Below, one piece after another: positions 1-12,435 of a stretch of 60,136 nt of DNA. The translations under genes were made by a program, and so were the position numbers. The stretch spans positions 25,175,955 to 25,236,090 of the forward strand of contig NC_057718.1 in the NCBI RefSeq assembly GCF_004010195.1. Reading direction: 5' to 3'. The notes beneath the pieces are model-generated. The model saw only the letters and a program-made list of their open reading frames with translations. It made no database searches and was not told the origin of the DNA. The number at the start of each line of letters is the position of its first letter. Position 1 is the stretch's first letter. This DNA is from Chiloscyllium plagiosum. Taxonomy: Eukaryota.

Positions 1-511
1 TTTAAGTGTGAGAGAGGGTCTGTGTTAGTTTGTGAATATGTAGGAGTGTGTGTCTGTGTGAGTGTATAGTGCAGTGGAGTCACCTCTAGTGTGACATGAA
101 CCCAAGGTCCCAGTTGAGGCCATCCTCATGGGTACCGAACTTGACTATCAGCTCTGCTTGGCCACTTTGCATTGTTGCTTGTCCCAAAGTCCACCTTGGA
201 AGATAGTCACCCGATGGTCCAAGGCCGAATGTCCTGGACTGCTGAAACATTCCCTGAATGGGAGCGAACACCCTTGCCTGGTGATTGTTGTGCAGTATCC
301 ATTCATCCATTGTAGTAGCATCTGTTTGGTCTTACCAATGTACCATGCCTCAGGACATCCTTGCCTGCAGCATATGAGATTGACAACATTGGCTGAGTCA
401 TATGAGTACCTGCTGCATATACGGTGGGAGTTGTCCCCACATGTTATGATCGTTTTCCATGTCAACACTCTGACACTTCTTGCAGCAGCTGCCGTAATAG
501 GGTTGTACTAA
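1..511 (-). mobile_element. Penelope-like retroelement fragment (GIY-YIG endonuclease region), decayed
   Basis: ORF 148..468(-) reads NVVNLICCRQGCPEAWYIGKTKQ...FSSPGHS, matching the PLE GIY-YIG pattern (NVVY.I.C..C...YIG.T); a CA-rich tract follows on the minus strand. Confidence 0.8.
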
Positions 512-515
512 CTAT

Positions 516-1242
516 TGTTATGACACTGGGTAAAATTTCCTGCTTAATTTAAAACCAGCAACACAGAAAAGATTTATCCCGTGTAGCAATCTGTGAAAAT
601 TTGATAGGCCAAGAACTAGTTAAAGTAAAAATTAACAACTTTATTTGCTAAAGTATAACAGAGAATAATTAACTGACAACTATTTACAAATCCTTCCTCT
701 AACCTATCTTTTCCCTTTCCTTCTATTATACTAATGCGATAAAGCCCCTGATTAAGATTTTCAAAACAACACTCCTTATCTCAAAACCAGGCAGCCTTCA
801 GTTTTCTCTGTATTCCTGTCTTCTTTTCTTCTACTTAGGGAGTCTGCTTCACAGGTTACTGATCAATAAAAGTACCTTTTAAGAGAGCCAGTTTTCAGGC
901 AGTCTTCTTACATGCTGGTGCCTTGGCAGTTCTCCTCCCAACTGTTCAATTTTCCCCGGTCTTACACTCCTAGCATTGGATTGTGTCATTGGCGTTTAAG
1001 TTTTATCAATATATTCAGTTCAAACTTGATTGGAATTTGGTATTTTGGTATAATTTAAACTGATTGGCATAATTCGAATCTATTTTGTCATTTCCAGGCA
1101 ATGTAACACTTGGTTGAAAACTAAATTAGCTACACCAAACTTTTCAAAACCTTTTAACATTGTTACCTTACTGAGAACACTTGGTGCTGTCTACCAGCTT
1201 TTAAATCTCTTAAAGGTACAGTGCACCCACATCTTCATAACA
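516..1242 (-). repeat. 3' LTR (727 bp) of the Gypsy element
   Basis: Starts TGTTATGAC and ends TTCATAACA on the plus strand (terminal inverted TGTTATGA); abuts the PPT; homologous to 6372-6477 and 12000-12435. Confidence 0.92.
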
Positions 1243-1254
1243 CCTCCCCCCTTA
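1243..1254 (-). promoter_or_regulatory. Polypurine tract (PPT)
   Basis: Minus strand reads AAGGGGGGAGG immediately before the TG of the 3' LTR. Confidence 0.88.
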
Positions 1255-1424
1255 AGAAAAAATGAACAATCATAACGAAAAGATGGTTTCATTTTTTCTT
1301 CTACTTTTTAAATACATTGCCCTAACATACAGATAACTTTAATCTAAGTTCACCTTAACTTCTTTCCATCTATCTATTTAGATATAACATTAAATAAAGA
1401 CAAATCTCATCTAAACTGTATCAG

Positions 1425-2725
1425 TTAAATCCACGATAACACATCTGTGATTACATTCTTCCGACCTGCAATATGTATGATTTTTAAGTTATAAGTCTGT
1501 AACAGAAGACTCCAGTGAAGTAGTCTCATATTCTTGTCTTCGAAACATTCTAAGAATGTCAGTGGATTGTGATCCGTGCACACAACTGTCTCTGACACAT
1601 TGTTCATAGCCTACACATTAAAATGTTGCAAGGCCAGTACCAAACTCAAAAATTCCTTTTCATTTCTAAAGTGTTTCCTCTGGTGAATGTTGATCTTCTT
1701 CGAAAAGTAACCAACTGGCAGTTCAATCCCATCCTCATCTTCCTGGAGGAGTACAGCGCCTACTCCAATGTCACTATCATCGATGGCGACTTTAAAAGGT
1801 TTTGAAAAGTTTGGTGTAGCTAAAAATGGTTTGGTGGTTAATATGGCTTTCAAATGGTCGAATGCCTCCTGGTATTGTTCTGTCCACTGGAACTTTGTGT
1901 TCATCAGCAAATCGGTTAATGGTGCCACTACAATCCTGAAGCTTGGAACAAACTTCCGATAGAATCCACTGAGTCCTAAGAATCGAAGCATCTCTTCCTT
2001 CGAGGTTGCTTGTGAAAATTCCTCAATGGCCTTCCTCTTTGGGTTCTGTGGGGTCCACCTTCCATGACCGATGTTATGTCCCTAGAACGTCACCTTTGCT
2101 TTCGCAAATTCCATTTTATTTACATTTATCATGAGCTTTGCTTCTCATAGTCATTCAAAACGCTCTGCCAACTGTACCATGTGATCTTGCCAGGACTTAT
2201 TAAAGATCACTACATTGTCCAAATAGACTGCATAGTTTGCTAATCCAGCCATAACTCTGTTCATGAGTCTTTGGAATGTGGCGGATGCGTTCTTCAATCC
2301 AAAGGGCATCACTTTAAACTGATCTAGCCCATTTGGGGTTAAAAATGCAAAGATTTCTTTCACTGTCTCTCATAAAGGTAACTGCCAAAAACCGGGCATT
2401 AAGTCCAACTTGATGATGTAACTGGCTTGTCCAACTCTCTTGATACAGTACTCCAATCTAGGAATTAGATGTGAGTCCATTTTGTAACGGCATTGACATT
2501 CCAATAATCCATGCAGAATCATTGCGTCCCATCCAGTTTGGGAACTAAGACGATTGACGAACTCTGCTCACTCTGGCATGGTTCGATGATGTCCTTGTTA
2601 AGAATGCACTCCACCTCCTTCTGAACCTGTCTGGCTTTGAAAGGATTAAGCCGAAAGGGGTATTGTTCTATCGAAGCAGTATTCCCTATGTCTACTTCAT
2701 GTACGATAGCATTAATCCTCCCCAT
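1425..2725 (-). pseudogene. Gypsy pol: reverse transcriptase and RNase H, frameshifted
   Basis: Fragments YPFRLNP, SSIVLVPKLDG, FKVMPFGLKNASATFQRLM, YLDNVV (degenerate YLDD), LRFLGLSGFYRKFV, IDDSDIGVGAVL, TDHNPL. Confidence 0.92.
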
Positions 2726-2780
2726 CTGATTCTTATGTTATGTCCTTATACTGCAGTAACAAATCTTTCAACTGCACTCT

Positions 2781-4010
2781 TTAATTCTGAGACATATAGC
2801 TTACTAACCTATCCCACTCCTCAAGAACTTCTTCATTTTTAAATCTATTTTGATGCACATCAAAATCCACATCATCTGGATTTGATTCCTCACTCTGCAG
2901 GGCAGTAACTAACACCTGTTTCTCCAGTCCTTTCTCTCTAGTATAATACGGTTTCAACATGTTCACGTGACATACCCAATATCTATTTTTCCTATCTGGC
3001 ATCTTTACTAGATAGTTCACCTGACTCAACTTTTTCTCAAGTTGATAGGGACCACTAAACCTGGCTTTGAAGGGATCTCCTATCACTGGCCTGCTTCATT
3101 CTCCACTGTTCACTCTTTAGATGCTGTTTAGCTCATAAAAGTAACTGCAAATAACCAGGCATTAAGTCTCGATTTAGTCTCTCCTTCTCTTCTAATACAT
3201 AATCGAGGTGTGAGACCTCCGACCCTGGTCCGGTCAATTTTTCTTTAATTAATTTCAAAGGGCCTCTCATTTCATGTCTGAATATTAACTCAATGGTAGT
3301 GAACTGAGTAGATTCATTTGGGACGTTTCTAATCACAAGAAATATGAATGGGATACCTTTATCCCAATCATTCGGGTAATCCTGACCGTATGCTGTCAAC
3401 ATGATCTTCAAGGTCTGATACCACCTTTCTAAAGCTCCCTGGGATTCAGGATAATATGCACTGGATTTAAAGTGCTGTACACCTAAGCTATCCATCAACT
3501 CCTTAAACAGCCTAGCAGTAAAATTTGTCCCTTGGTCCGACTGAATCTCTCTGGGTAGCCCATATCAAGTGAAGAAAGCTACTAACTCCTCTACTATCCT
3601 TTTTGCCTTGATACTCCATAATGGAATTGCCTCTGGAAATCTGGTAGACACATCCATTCTGGTTAACAAGTAATGGTTCCCACTTATAGTTCTCAGGAGG
3701 GAACCTACGCAATCAATGATAACCCGCGTGACAGGTTCTTCAAATGGAGGAATTGGCAACAAAGATGCTGGTTTTACTACCGCCTGTGACTTACCTACCA
3801 TTTGGCATGTATGGCATGTACGGGAAATGTTATCTACATCCTTGTGCATTCCAGGCCAATAAAAGTGTTTTTGTACCTGAGCCTGAGTCTTCCTAGGTGA
3901 CCTCCTACAGGTAGTTCATGTTCTACGCGTAACACCTCCTGTCTGTATGCTACTGGCAACACAATCTGGTGCACATCAGCCCATTTCTCCTCTGCACTAA
4001 CCTGCTGTGG
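2781..4010 (-). pseudogene. Gypsy pol: integrase (zinc finger, DDE core, GPY motif), frameshifted
   Basis: CHTCQMVG, IIDCVG, DVSTRFPEAIPL, SSAYYPESQGALER and FSGPY motifs; the domain lies 5' of RT in element orientation. Confidence 0.9.
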
Positions 4011-4280
4011 TCTCTATTTCCATCTTAGAATTTTAGCTTTCAGATAATAACCCTCTGGAATATTCTTTGCCTCCTTTTCGGAGTAGGTATCCACATATGT
4101 ATCTTTTATCATGTCGTTCTGTTGCAAGCCCCTCAGTCTTTCAGGACTAAACACGTCAGTCCAACCCTCTGCCTGGACAGGTTTTTCCTGCACCATTATG
4201 TCAAACAGGGTATCAGCTAACCGAACCTCAAATCCTTCATCTTTCTCTTTACTTTTTGCTTCATGCTGTGACTTATATAG

Positions 4281-4649
4281 TGGGATCTGGTTACTACAAA
4301 ATCTGGATATTTCTGTTTTAACTCATTTTACATTACATTACATTACAGTGTGGAAACAGGCCCTTCGGCCCAACAATTTTCTTGGTCTTCCTTGTGCTTC
4401 TCCACAACAAGGGATGTCACTCCCACCTTGGATCATTCCTAAGAACAAACTGAATTCCTGGAATGGGATCTGGTTACTACAAAATCTGGAAAATACCAGG
4501 ATATTTCTGTTTTAACTCATTTTACATTACATTACATTACAGTGTGGAAACAGGCCCAACAATTTTCTTGGTCTTCCTTGAGCTTCTCCACAACAAGGGA
4601 TGTCACTCCCACCTTGGATCATTCCTAAGAACAAACTGAATTCCTGGAA
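4281..4649. repeat. Tandem duplication (~185 bp x2) containing a truncated SINE/LINE 3' tail
   Basis: Copies 4281-4463 and 4464-4649 both contain (TTACA)3-4 GTGTGGAAACAGGCCC, the reverse complement of the SINE tail at 26860-26899. Confidence 0.95.
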
Positions 4650-4823
4650 CTGACACACTGTCAATCACTCCCACTGTAACTACCCCAGTCTTAAGTTGGT
4701 ACTCCAACCTGATCTTACATGGGGGAACACTATATTTCTGTCCATCTATCCCACCAATTACCACACTCTCAGGTAACAGATCAGAAAGAGTGCATATTCG
4801 CTCACCTTACTATCAGTGACTGG

Positions 4824-6225
4824 TTAGATAAAAATTATAACTTCTTGTCCTTCTCCTCCTGTTCTTTCTGAGTAAATTTTACCCGTAGAGGCAAATTCTT
4901 TGTAGAGATCAGGTACTAACTCCATATCCAGCCCCTGCCTCGACTGTGCACTCTCCTGCAGCTCCTCAGTTCTTCTTGGGGTCTCCTTTACTACCTTCAC
5001 TAATGCCACTGGCTTAGCTTCTTTTACGAATTCTTTTCCCACAGCGCCTTTCTTTAACAACCAGCACTGTGACTTTATGTGCCCCACCTTCTGGCAGTGA
5101 AAACACCTTTTCGCAGTGCCCTTTTGAAACCACCGGCACTGTAATCTTCTGTGTCCCACTCCATTACAGTGAAAACACCCAAGACCTTTCACCTCCTTTC
5201 CACCCTCTTGGGTTTCTTTTTATCCTGTGGTAAATTCTTACCAGTGCTCTCTACTCTTGGCTTAGTAGTGTAGGATTCCCCTCTCCCAATTTCTATCCCT
5301 CACAGGATAAAATTTTAGCCTTCAGCTTGTCTTATGTACAAACATCTGTTAATTCTGCTGCCTTCTCACTTCCTGAACTTTCTGTTCCTCCACGTGAATT
5401 CTTACCATCTCTGGAAGTGAGTGTTTAAACTCCTCCAGCAGAATAGTCTCTCTTAGAGCCTCAAAGGTCCTATCTATTTTCTAAGCGCACACCCATCGAT
5501 CAAAATGACTATGTTTAATTCTTTCGAACTCAACATAAGTCTGACCTTGTTACTTCTTTGTGTTTCTAACCAAAGTCTACATACTTCTGGTACTGATTCA
5601 TAAGCATTTAAAACAGCCTGTTTAATCTCTCCATAACCTCTTGACACATAATCTGACAGTGCAGCAAATACCTCACTAGCTCTGCCGACCATTTTAGTCT
5701 GAACGAGCATTACCCATAAAACCCAGATCACTCCATTTGCCTCGCCAAATGAAAGAAAGAAGGCTTCAACATCTTTCTCATCAAAATGTGGCAGACTTTT
5801 GACCCATTTATATATATATCACTACCTTCTCTTTTAATCCCCATCTTGTTAACTTGACTTTGCTGACAAAGTCGCAACTTCTCAAGTTCAAATTCTCTCT
5901 TTTTGCTCAGCCAACACCTTTCTCTCTCTTTCTTTATCCTCTCTCTCTGCTTTTCTTCTCTCTCTCTTTGCTGTCCAAGAACCCCCCCCCCTCCTTTTCC
6001 TCTCTCCTGTTTCTCTGACAGATCTAAGTGTTTGAGTAACTCCTTTACAATTTCAGTTTTACTTTTGTCTTTGGTTAAACCCAAATCTAACTTATTTACT
6101 AATTCTAAAAGTATGGCCTTTTTCTTTCCTTCTAATCTTTCTTGGCAAATTTGAGAATCATCATCAAATCCCAGAACTTCTTTAGCAATTTTAAGAGGCA
6201 TTTCTCTCACCTTTAATTTAATCAA
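4824..6225 (-). pseudogene. Gypsy gag with two CCHC zinc knuckles, frameshifted
   Basis: CFHCNGVGHRRLQC and CFHCQKVGHIKSQC; E/R/K-rich coiled coil; LVQTKMVGRASEVFAAL...YGEIKQAVLNAY segment typical of Gmr1-like gag. Confidence 0.88.
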
Positions 6226-6358
6226 CCACTTAAATTAAACAAATTGTCTCACTTATGTTTTATTCTAGGATGCTAACCTGCAAGTTTTTAAATCTGCTGG
6301 GATTTTTCGTACCCCTAAATGTATTCAAATCTGTCTAAACCTGTTCAAATCATGGACC

Positions 6359-6368
6359 CGAGCCCCCA
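6359..6368 (-). promoter_or_regulatory. Primer-binding site, tRNA-Pro-like
   Basis: Minus strand TGGGGGCTCG lies 3 nt downstream of the 5' LTR end and matches the first 10 nt of the tRNA-Pro PBS TGGGGGCTCGTCCGGGAT. Confidence 0.8.
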
Positions 6369-6371
6369 AAC

Positions 6372-6477
6372 TGTTACGACATAGGTTAAACCCCGCCCCC
6401 CCCGCTTAATTTAAACCAGCAACACAGAAAAGATTTATCCCGTGCAGCAATCTGTGAAAGTTCGATAGGCCAAGAAC
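6372..6477 (-). repeat. 5' LTR, element-proximal piece
   Basis: TGTTACGACA...GATAGGCCAAGAAC aligns to 516-615 and breaks off at a poly-C run where the L1 starts. Confidence 0.9.
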
Positions 6478-6499
6478 CCCCCCCCCCCGAGGACTCACC

Positions 6500-7220
6500 T
6501 GCAGAGCAGAGCTTGATCTCAGGGTTTGTAAAACCCTGAGATAGGATTGGTGCATTGATGGAGGAGTCCCGGGCCAGGTGGGAATTGATCTTGGTCATGT
6601 GCAGAGGCATGACCTGGAGATTCAGAGTCTTGGGCAGCGTGTTGGAGGGGCGGAGTAATGTGCCCCGGCTTCTGAGACCGCGGCTGAATCTTCTACGAGC
6701 CAGGTTCAGGCCCTGGAACGCTGAGTGCGGGACTTGGAGGAGCAGGCGGCAACCTCAAAAATCGAGATTGTTGGAAGAATATCTGGTTGCTGGGGCTTCC
6801 CGAACAGGAGGAAGAAGGCTAGCTCGTCAGCTATTTGGAGCAATGGCTCCCATAGTTTCTGAAGCTGAAGTCGGAGGTAGGCTGGGTGCAGGTCGAGTGG
6901 GCTCACCGGGTCACAGTGCGCAGGCCCGGATCGGACCAGCCCCCACCCAGTCCTAATGCGATTCCAGCATTATAGACACAAACAAATGATACTGAAAGCC
7001 TCTAGAGCACTGGGGAAGGATGCCCAGGCTGTGGTGTACAAGGGATCATGAATCATGTTGTTTCAGGACTTTTCCCCGGTCATGATTCGTAAGAGGAAGG
7101 CCTTTGATGTGGTAAAGAAGCGTCTGAGGGACCTGAATATTCAATATTCCAAGAAATACCTGGCAATACTGCATTTCAACCATGGAAAAGGCAAAGCACG
7201 TTTTGACACTTTAAAATAGA
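6500..7220 (+). pseudogene. L1 ORF1p remnant (RRM and C-terminal domain)
   Basis: Manual translation gives VEWAHRV...VLMRFQHYRHKQMILKASR...YKGS*IMLFQDFSPVMIRKRKAFDVVKKRL, typical ORF1p motifs with an internal stop. Confidence 0.8.
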
Positions 7221-7600
7221 CTGATTGGCCTGAATTATATGGACAATTGTTTTATTCTGCCCCTTTCCCCCCCCTCTTTTTTTCTTCTTTTTGTTTTTGT
7301 CTGTAATTTGCTTGGTTTACCTGATTGTTGAGGGGTGATTTTGGTTTTCCTTTCAATATATATCAGGATTATAATTTTATATGTTTTTTTATGTTGTTGT
7401 TCGGCCAGGAGTGCCTAGGGTTGTAGTATGGAAGGAACAGTTGGGGCCCCCACTGTTAACCTTCTTGTCATAAGATATTGGTATTTGTTTTTCTTACTTT
7501 GTGGTGTCTGGGGCGAGAGCACGGCTCCAGCTGGAAGGAGTCATGGTGGGATTATCGGGAGGTAAGAGTGCCCCTGTGGACAAGGGGTAAGTCTCCTTCT

Positions 7601-7861
7601 AGTTATGCTTTATGTTGTTATTTTTTCGAAGCAGTTGTTAGTGGTTTTGATTTAGTAGTTTTAAAAGTTGTGTTTTAAAATCTATGTTAACTGTTTATGG
7701 TTTTTACCACTCAATAGTTGCTCCTTGAACAAGCTCCACATATCATTTACACTCAGTTATGCTTTATGTTGTTATTTTTTTGAAGCAGTTGTTAGTGGTT
7801 TTGATTTAGTAGTTTTAAAAGTTGTGTTTTAAAATCTATGTTAACTGTTTATGGTTTTTAC
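7601..7861. repeat. 107-bp direct repeat with a 47-bp spacer in the L1 inter-ORF region
   Basis: 7601-7707 and 7755-7861 are near identical (one visible C/T difference). Confidence 0.95.
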
Positions 7862-7889
7862 TTGGCACGCTAGGGGTTTCTTCCTCCCA

Positions 7890-10800
7890 GGGGGGCTAGC
7901 CTTTCATTTAAATGGCCCACCTGGAATGTTAATGGGAGTCACTCACCAAAAGATATTGTCAAGTCTTAGAAAAAAAAGGTCGATGTTGCCTTATTACAGG
8001 AAACACACTTAAATGATAAGGAGCATTTGAAGTTGCAACAGGGAGGATTAGGCCAGGTGTTTTCTTCATCTTTTATCTCGAAAAGTAGAGGAGTGGCCAT
8101 TCTCATCTGGAAGAAACTCCCATTTCAAATGCTAGGCCAAATAAAGGATGAGTCCGGGTGGTTAATTATACTTAAAGCTTTAATACATGGAGAGGAGTGT
8201 GAGATTCTGAATGTATACTGTCCCCCGGCACATCCCTTTAAATTTGTAACAGATGCATTCTCCAGATTGATGGCCCTTGGGCACGTCATACAAGTATAGG
8301 GGGAGATTTCAACCGCATTATTGACCCCGAGGTGAGCAGGATACTTAGGAGTCCTACGGGTATGTCTCCGCAATTTAGGCAACTGGTGGATGTATGGAGA
8401 TGTCTTCACCCCAAGGTTAGAAATTTTACCTTTTATTCTAACCCACACAAGTGCCATACCAGGTTTGACATTTTTTTTTTGCCATCAACCTTCTTGAACT
8501 TGGTATTAACCTGCAAAATAGGGAATATAGATGTTTCTGACCACGCAACAGTGTATATGGAGTTTAAGGTTGGAAGTGGTGATGTGGATTCCTGGCACTG
8601 GCATATGGACCCTTTCCTCCTGAAAGATAGTAAGTTTATAGAATACCTTTTACAGGAGTTTCAAACGTTTTGGGGTATCAACCACGGTATGGCCAGTAAC
8701 CCGTTGATGATGTGGGAAACTGCCAAGACCTCTATGTGGGGTTTGATTATCCTTTACTCCACGACCTGCAAGCAACAAAAGGGAGAACAGCAACATCTGC
8801 TCGAGGCTAGCCTGAAGGCAGCTGAATCAGCATATGTTGATAGGCTGTCCATAACTAAATTACAGCGGATTACAGCCCTCAGAGCTACTTTGAATGCTGC
8901 ACTTACCCAAACAGCAAAGAGGGAGGTCTTAAATGTGAAACAGAGACTATTTGAGTACAGTGATAAGCCAGGTAGGTATTTAGCGTACTTGGCCAGAAAG
9001 AAGAATGCTCCCCAATCTATTACAGAGAGTGCTGGTACTTTGACTTACAATGCCAAAAAGAATAATGCAACATTTAGAAAGTTTTATTTTGAGCTGTATC
9101 ACACGGAGGCCTGTGAGGATAGAATGAAGAAAATGGACCTTTCGGGTGTAACCTCAGAGCAGGTGTCCTTTTTGAGTGCCCCCTTGACAATTCAGGAAGT
9201 GCAGAAGGCGGTGAGGCTGCTCCGGAGTGGTAAAGTTCCCGGGCCAGATGGATTTCAATGTGAGTTCTATAAGGAGTTTATAGATGGACTGGCTGGGCCA
9301 CTCTTAGATATGTACAATTATTCATTCAGTCAGGGTAGCCTTCTATCCTCTTTGAGAGAAGCAAATATCTGTCTCATCCTTAAGAAAGGGAAAGACCCAG
9401 AAAATTGTACTTCGTACAGGCCTATATCGTTATTGAATATGGATTTGAAAATCCTGTCAAAAATGCTGGCATTAAGGCTGGAGGAGATATTGCTGTTTAT
9501 TGTAAAGGAGGACCAGATGGGGTTTATTAAGGGTTGTAGGTTCACCAATAATATTAGAAGAGTATTAATTTATGGTTCAAGTATGTCAGCAAAGAGCGAT
9601 ATCGGGTTTGGTAGTTTCCCTAGATGCAGAGAAAGCGTTTGATCGAATGGAATGGCCGTACCTCTTTTATGTCAAGGTACGGTTTGGTGTTGGGGAGGTT
9701 TTTGCTAAAAGGGTGACAGTGTTTTATGGTGACCCGAGAGCAGCGGTGCTCACTAATGGCATAAGATCAGATAGTTTTAGTGTCAGCAGAGGCTGTCATC
9801 AAGGGTGCCCTCTCTCACCACTATTATTTACACTGGTGATCGAGCCACTGGCGGAAGCCATCCAGACAGATCCCAATATAATTCGGACGGATCACAAGCA
9901 TAAAATTATTCTTTATGCGGATGATGTCCTTCTCTTTTTAACTGATCCAATGACATCTGTGCCTTGATTAATACAAGTGGTTAATTTATTTGGTTTGTTT
10001 TCAGGGTACAAAATTAATTTCATGAAATCAGAGGCCTTGCCTGTGGAGGGTCTTACTAGTATGTCCAACCTTGGGGATGGAACCCGTTTCCCATTTCAAT
10101 GGTCACAGGGATGTTTTCTGTACTTAGGTAGTTTTATTACCCCGGTTTTTGATCAGTTTATAAAGCCAATTATGGGCAGTTGTTAGAGAAAATTAGGCAG
10201 GACCTTCGGTGCTGAAAAGATCTTCTGATATCTTGGCTGGGCAGAATAGCTCTGGTTAAGATGAATGTTCTTCCTCGCTTATTATATCCCATGCGAATGT
10301 TCCCTTTGATGCTGCCAAAGCAAGCGCTGCACAGGCTTTACAGCTGGCTTGGATCTTTGGCATCATAGGTGACTTCTTATTAAGCTGATAAATTGCAGCT
10401 TTCGCAAAAAGGTGGTGGGGGTGGGGGTATCTAGATTTTCCGGACTTTAGGAAGTACCAACTGAGTTCCTTGTTATCCTATGTGGCTGATTGGGCTTCTT
10501 GTGATCCATAATAAATCTGGTTGGATATCGAGGCCTCTCAGGAAAAATGCCTCCTCATTAACCTGTTGTTTATGGACAAGATGAGAATTGCTATGGATCA
10601 CTGTAAAAGTCCGATTGTCCTAAACACAGTCAAAGCTTGGAGGATGATGCGGCAGGACAAGGGCAATTTACAAAAAACCTCCCCTTTCACTCCAATGTGG
10701 AAATGTTAGGATTTCAGCCACATTTGATGGACTCTGGCTTTAAGCTTTGGGAATCCAGACGAATCCACTGTTTGAGAAACCTATTCAATGGGGAGGTCAT

Positions 10801-11603
10801 GATGTCCTTCGAACAGCTAGGTCAAAAGTTCGGGCTACTTAGGAAGGATCTCTTTTGATATTTCCAAGTTAGAGACTTTGTACAAAAAAAGACCACATTG
10901 ATGGTTAATCCTTACAAATCGGACACGGAGAGGAGAGTGCTCCGGTCAGCAGGTTCCCCCTCGGTTAGCACTCTCTGTCACTTCCTAGGTAGTAACATGT
11001 TGGAGGACATGGAATGACTATATAAAACCTGGACTCAGGAGTTAGGGGTGGAAATCCTCTCAGAGATGTGGGAGGACATTTGGGAAAATGTTAGGAAGGT
11101 CTCTATTTGTAATAGGACTCAGGCTATTCAACTGAAAGTACTCCATAGGGCCCAGCTGGCACCAGAACGGCTTGCTAAGTTTAAGACAAGAGCGTCCCCA
11201 ATGTACCCCAAGTGTAAAACGGATGTTGGTACTCTTACCCATTGTTTATGGACATGCCACAAAATCCGTGAGTGCTTTCGCAAAGGTTTTGGGAACTGAG
11301 ATTGGGTTGAATCCGATGTCCCTTCTCTTGGGTTTTCCAAATCTTCCCTCCCTGGATGTACATGGGAAAAAACTGTTTTACTATTCTCTCTTTCTGCATG
11401 AGGAAGAACATTTTAATGAGCTGGGTATTGAAGAATCCCTAGGACTCTCGAGCTGGCACAGAATAATTGTGGAACACATCCCCCTGGACCTCCTTACGAG
11501 CATGGCACACCAGAAAACGGAGTTGTTTTACAGAACATGGTGGCCCTTTTTGAATTATATCGATGTAGACATACCTGCTATATTACTCAGGGCCTTTGTC
11601 TAG
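7890..11603 (+). pseudogene. L1 ORF2p (endonuclease, RT, C-terminal zinc knuckle), multiple frameshifts
   Basis: TWNVNG, LLQETHL, NVYCPP, GGDFN, SDH; GPDGF, YRPISLLN, SLDAEKAFD, QGCPLSP, YADD; KCKTDVGTLTHCLWTC. Confidence 0.93.
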
Positions 11604-11999
11604 CCATGAGGTTTGTGCCTGTCGGTTTTGGGGGGCCCTGGGAGGAAGAATCCCGTATAAATATGGGTCTATTCATTATTGCTCCCAGTGTTAGGGAGCT
11701 GTGATGAGAGTGTGCTGAGTGTAGTAATTTAATTGAATGTAACTTAAGCTACCTTGTCATAACTTGATATAATTTTATTTTGTCTGTTTATTTTTTTCTT
11801 CTTCTTTCTTATTGGTTATTTATTGAATGTAGTTTTTCTGGTTTTTTGTGTTTTAGTAGTGTGTGGAGTAGATTATTTGCCTTTTCTTTTTGTTTTATTG
11901 TTGCTATTATATTGAACAGTGGTCATACTATTTTGTACAAGTTTTGTAATTTTGTAAAAAACCGAAAACCTCTTTTCAATAAAAATATTTATTAAAAAA

Positions 12000-12435
12000 T
12001 ACAGGCAGCTTTCAGTTTTCTGTGAATTTCTGTCTTCTTCTTCTCAGGGAATCTGCTTCACAGATTACTGATCGATAAAGGTACCTTTTAAGAGAGCTAT
12101 TTTTCAGGCAGTCTTTTTACATGTTGGTGCCTTGGCAGTTCTCCTCCCAACTGTTCAGTTTTCCTCAGTCTTATACTCCCAGCATCGGATTGTCATTGGC
12201 TTTTAAGATTGTCAATATACTCAATTCAAACTTGATTGGAATTTGGTTTTTTTAGGGGTGCAATTTAAACTGATTGGCCTAATTCAAATCTGCTTTGTCA
12301 TTTCCAGGCAACCAGCTACTTTAGCTTTCGACCAAGCGTTACATTGTTATCTTATTGAGAACATTTGGTGCTATCAGGTAGCTCTACCAGCTTTTAACTC
12401 TCTTTAAGGTACAGTTCAACCACATCTTCATAACA
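12000..12435 (-). repeat. 5' LTR, distal piece
   Basis: CAGGCAGC...CACATCTTCATAACA aligns to ~788-1242 and is followed by the CTAT TSD. Confidence 0.92.

Larger units (their letters stand above)
6478..11999 (+). mobile_element. L1-clade LINE, 5'-truncated within ORF1, decayed
   Basis: ORF1 remnant, ~0.7 kb T-rich spacer, ORF2 with APE, RT and CCHC domains, T-rich 3' UTR, AATAAA at 11978-11983 and a short A tail. Confidence 0.93.
516..12435 (-). mobile_element. Gmr1-like Ty3/Gypsy LTR retrotransposon, decayed, with an L1 nested in its 5' LTR
   Basis: Two TG...CA LTRs (516-1242, and 6372-6477 plus ~12000-12435); 4-bp TSD CTAT at 512-515 and 12436-12439; PBS and PPT present; fragmented gag, integrase, RT and RNase H ORFs on the minus strand. 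Confidence 0.93.

Noticed and set aside
7601-7861. CRISPR-like repeat-spacer-repeat
   Set aside because: Only two 107-bp repeats, a eukaryotic context and no cas genes.
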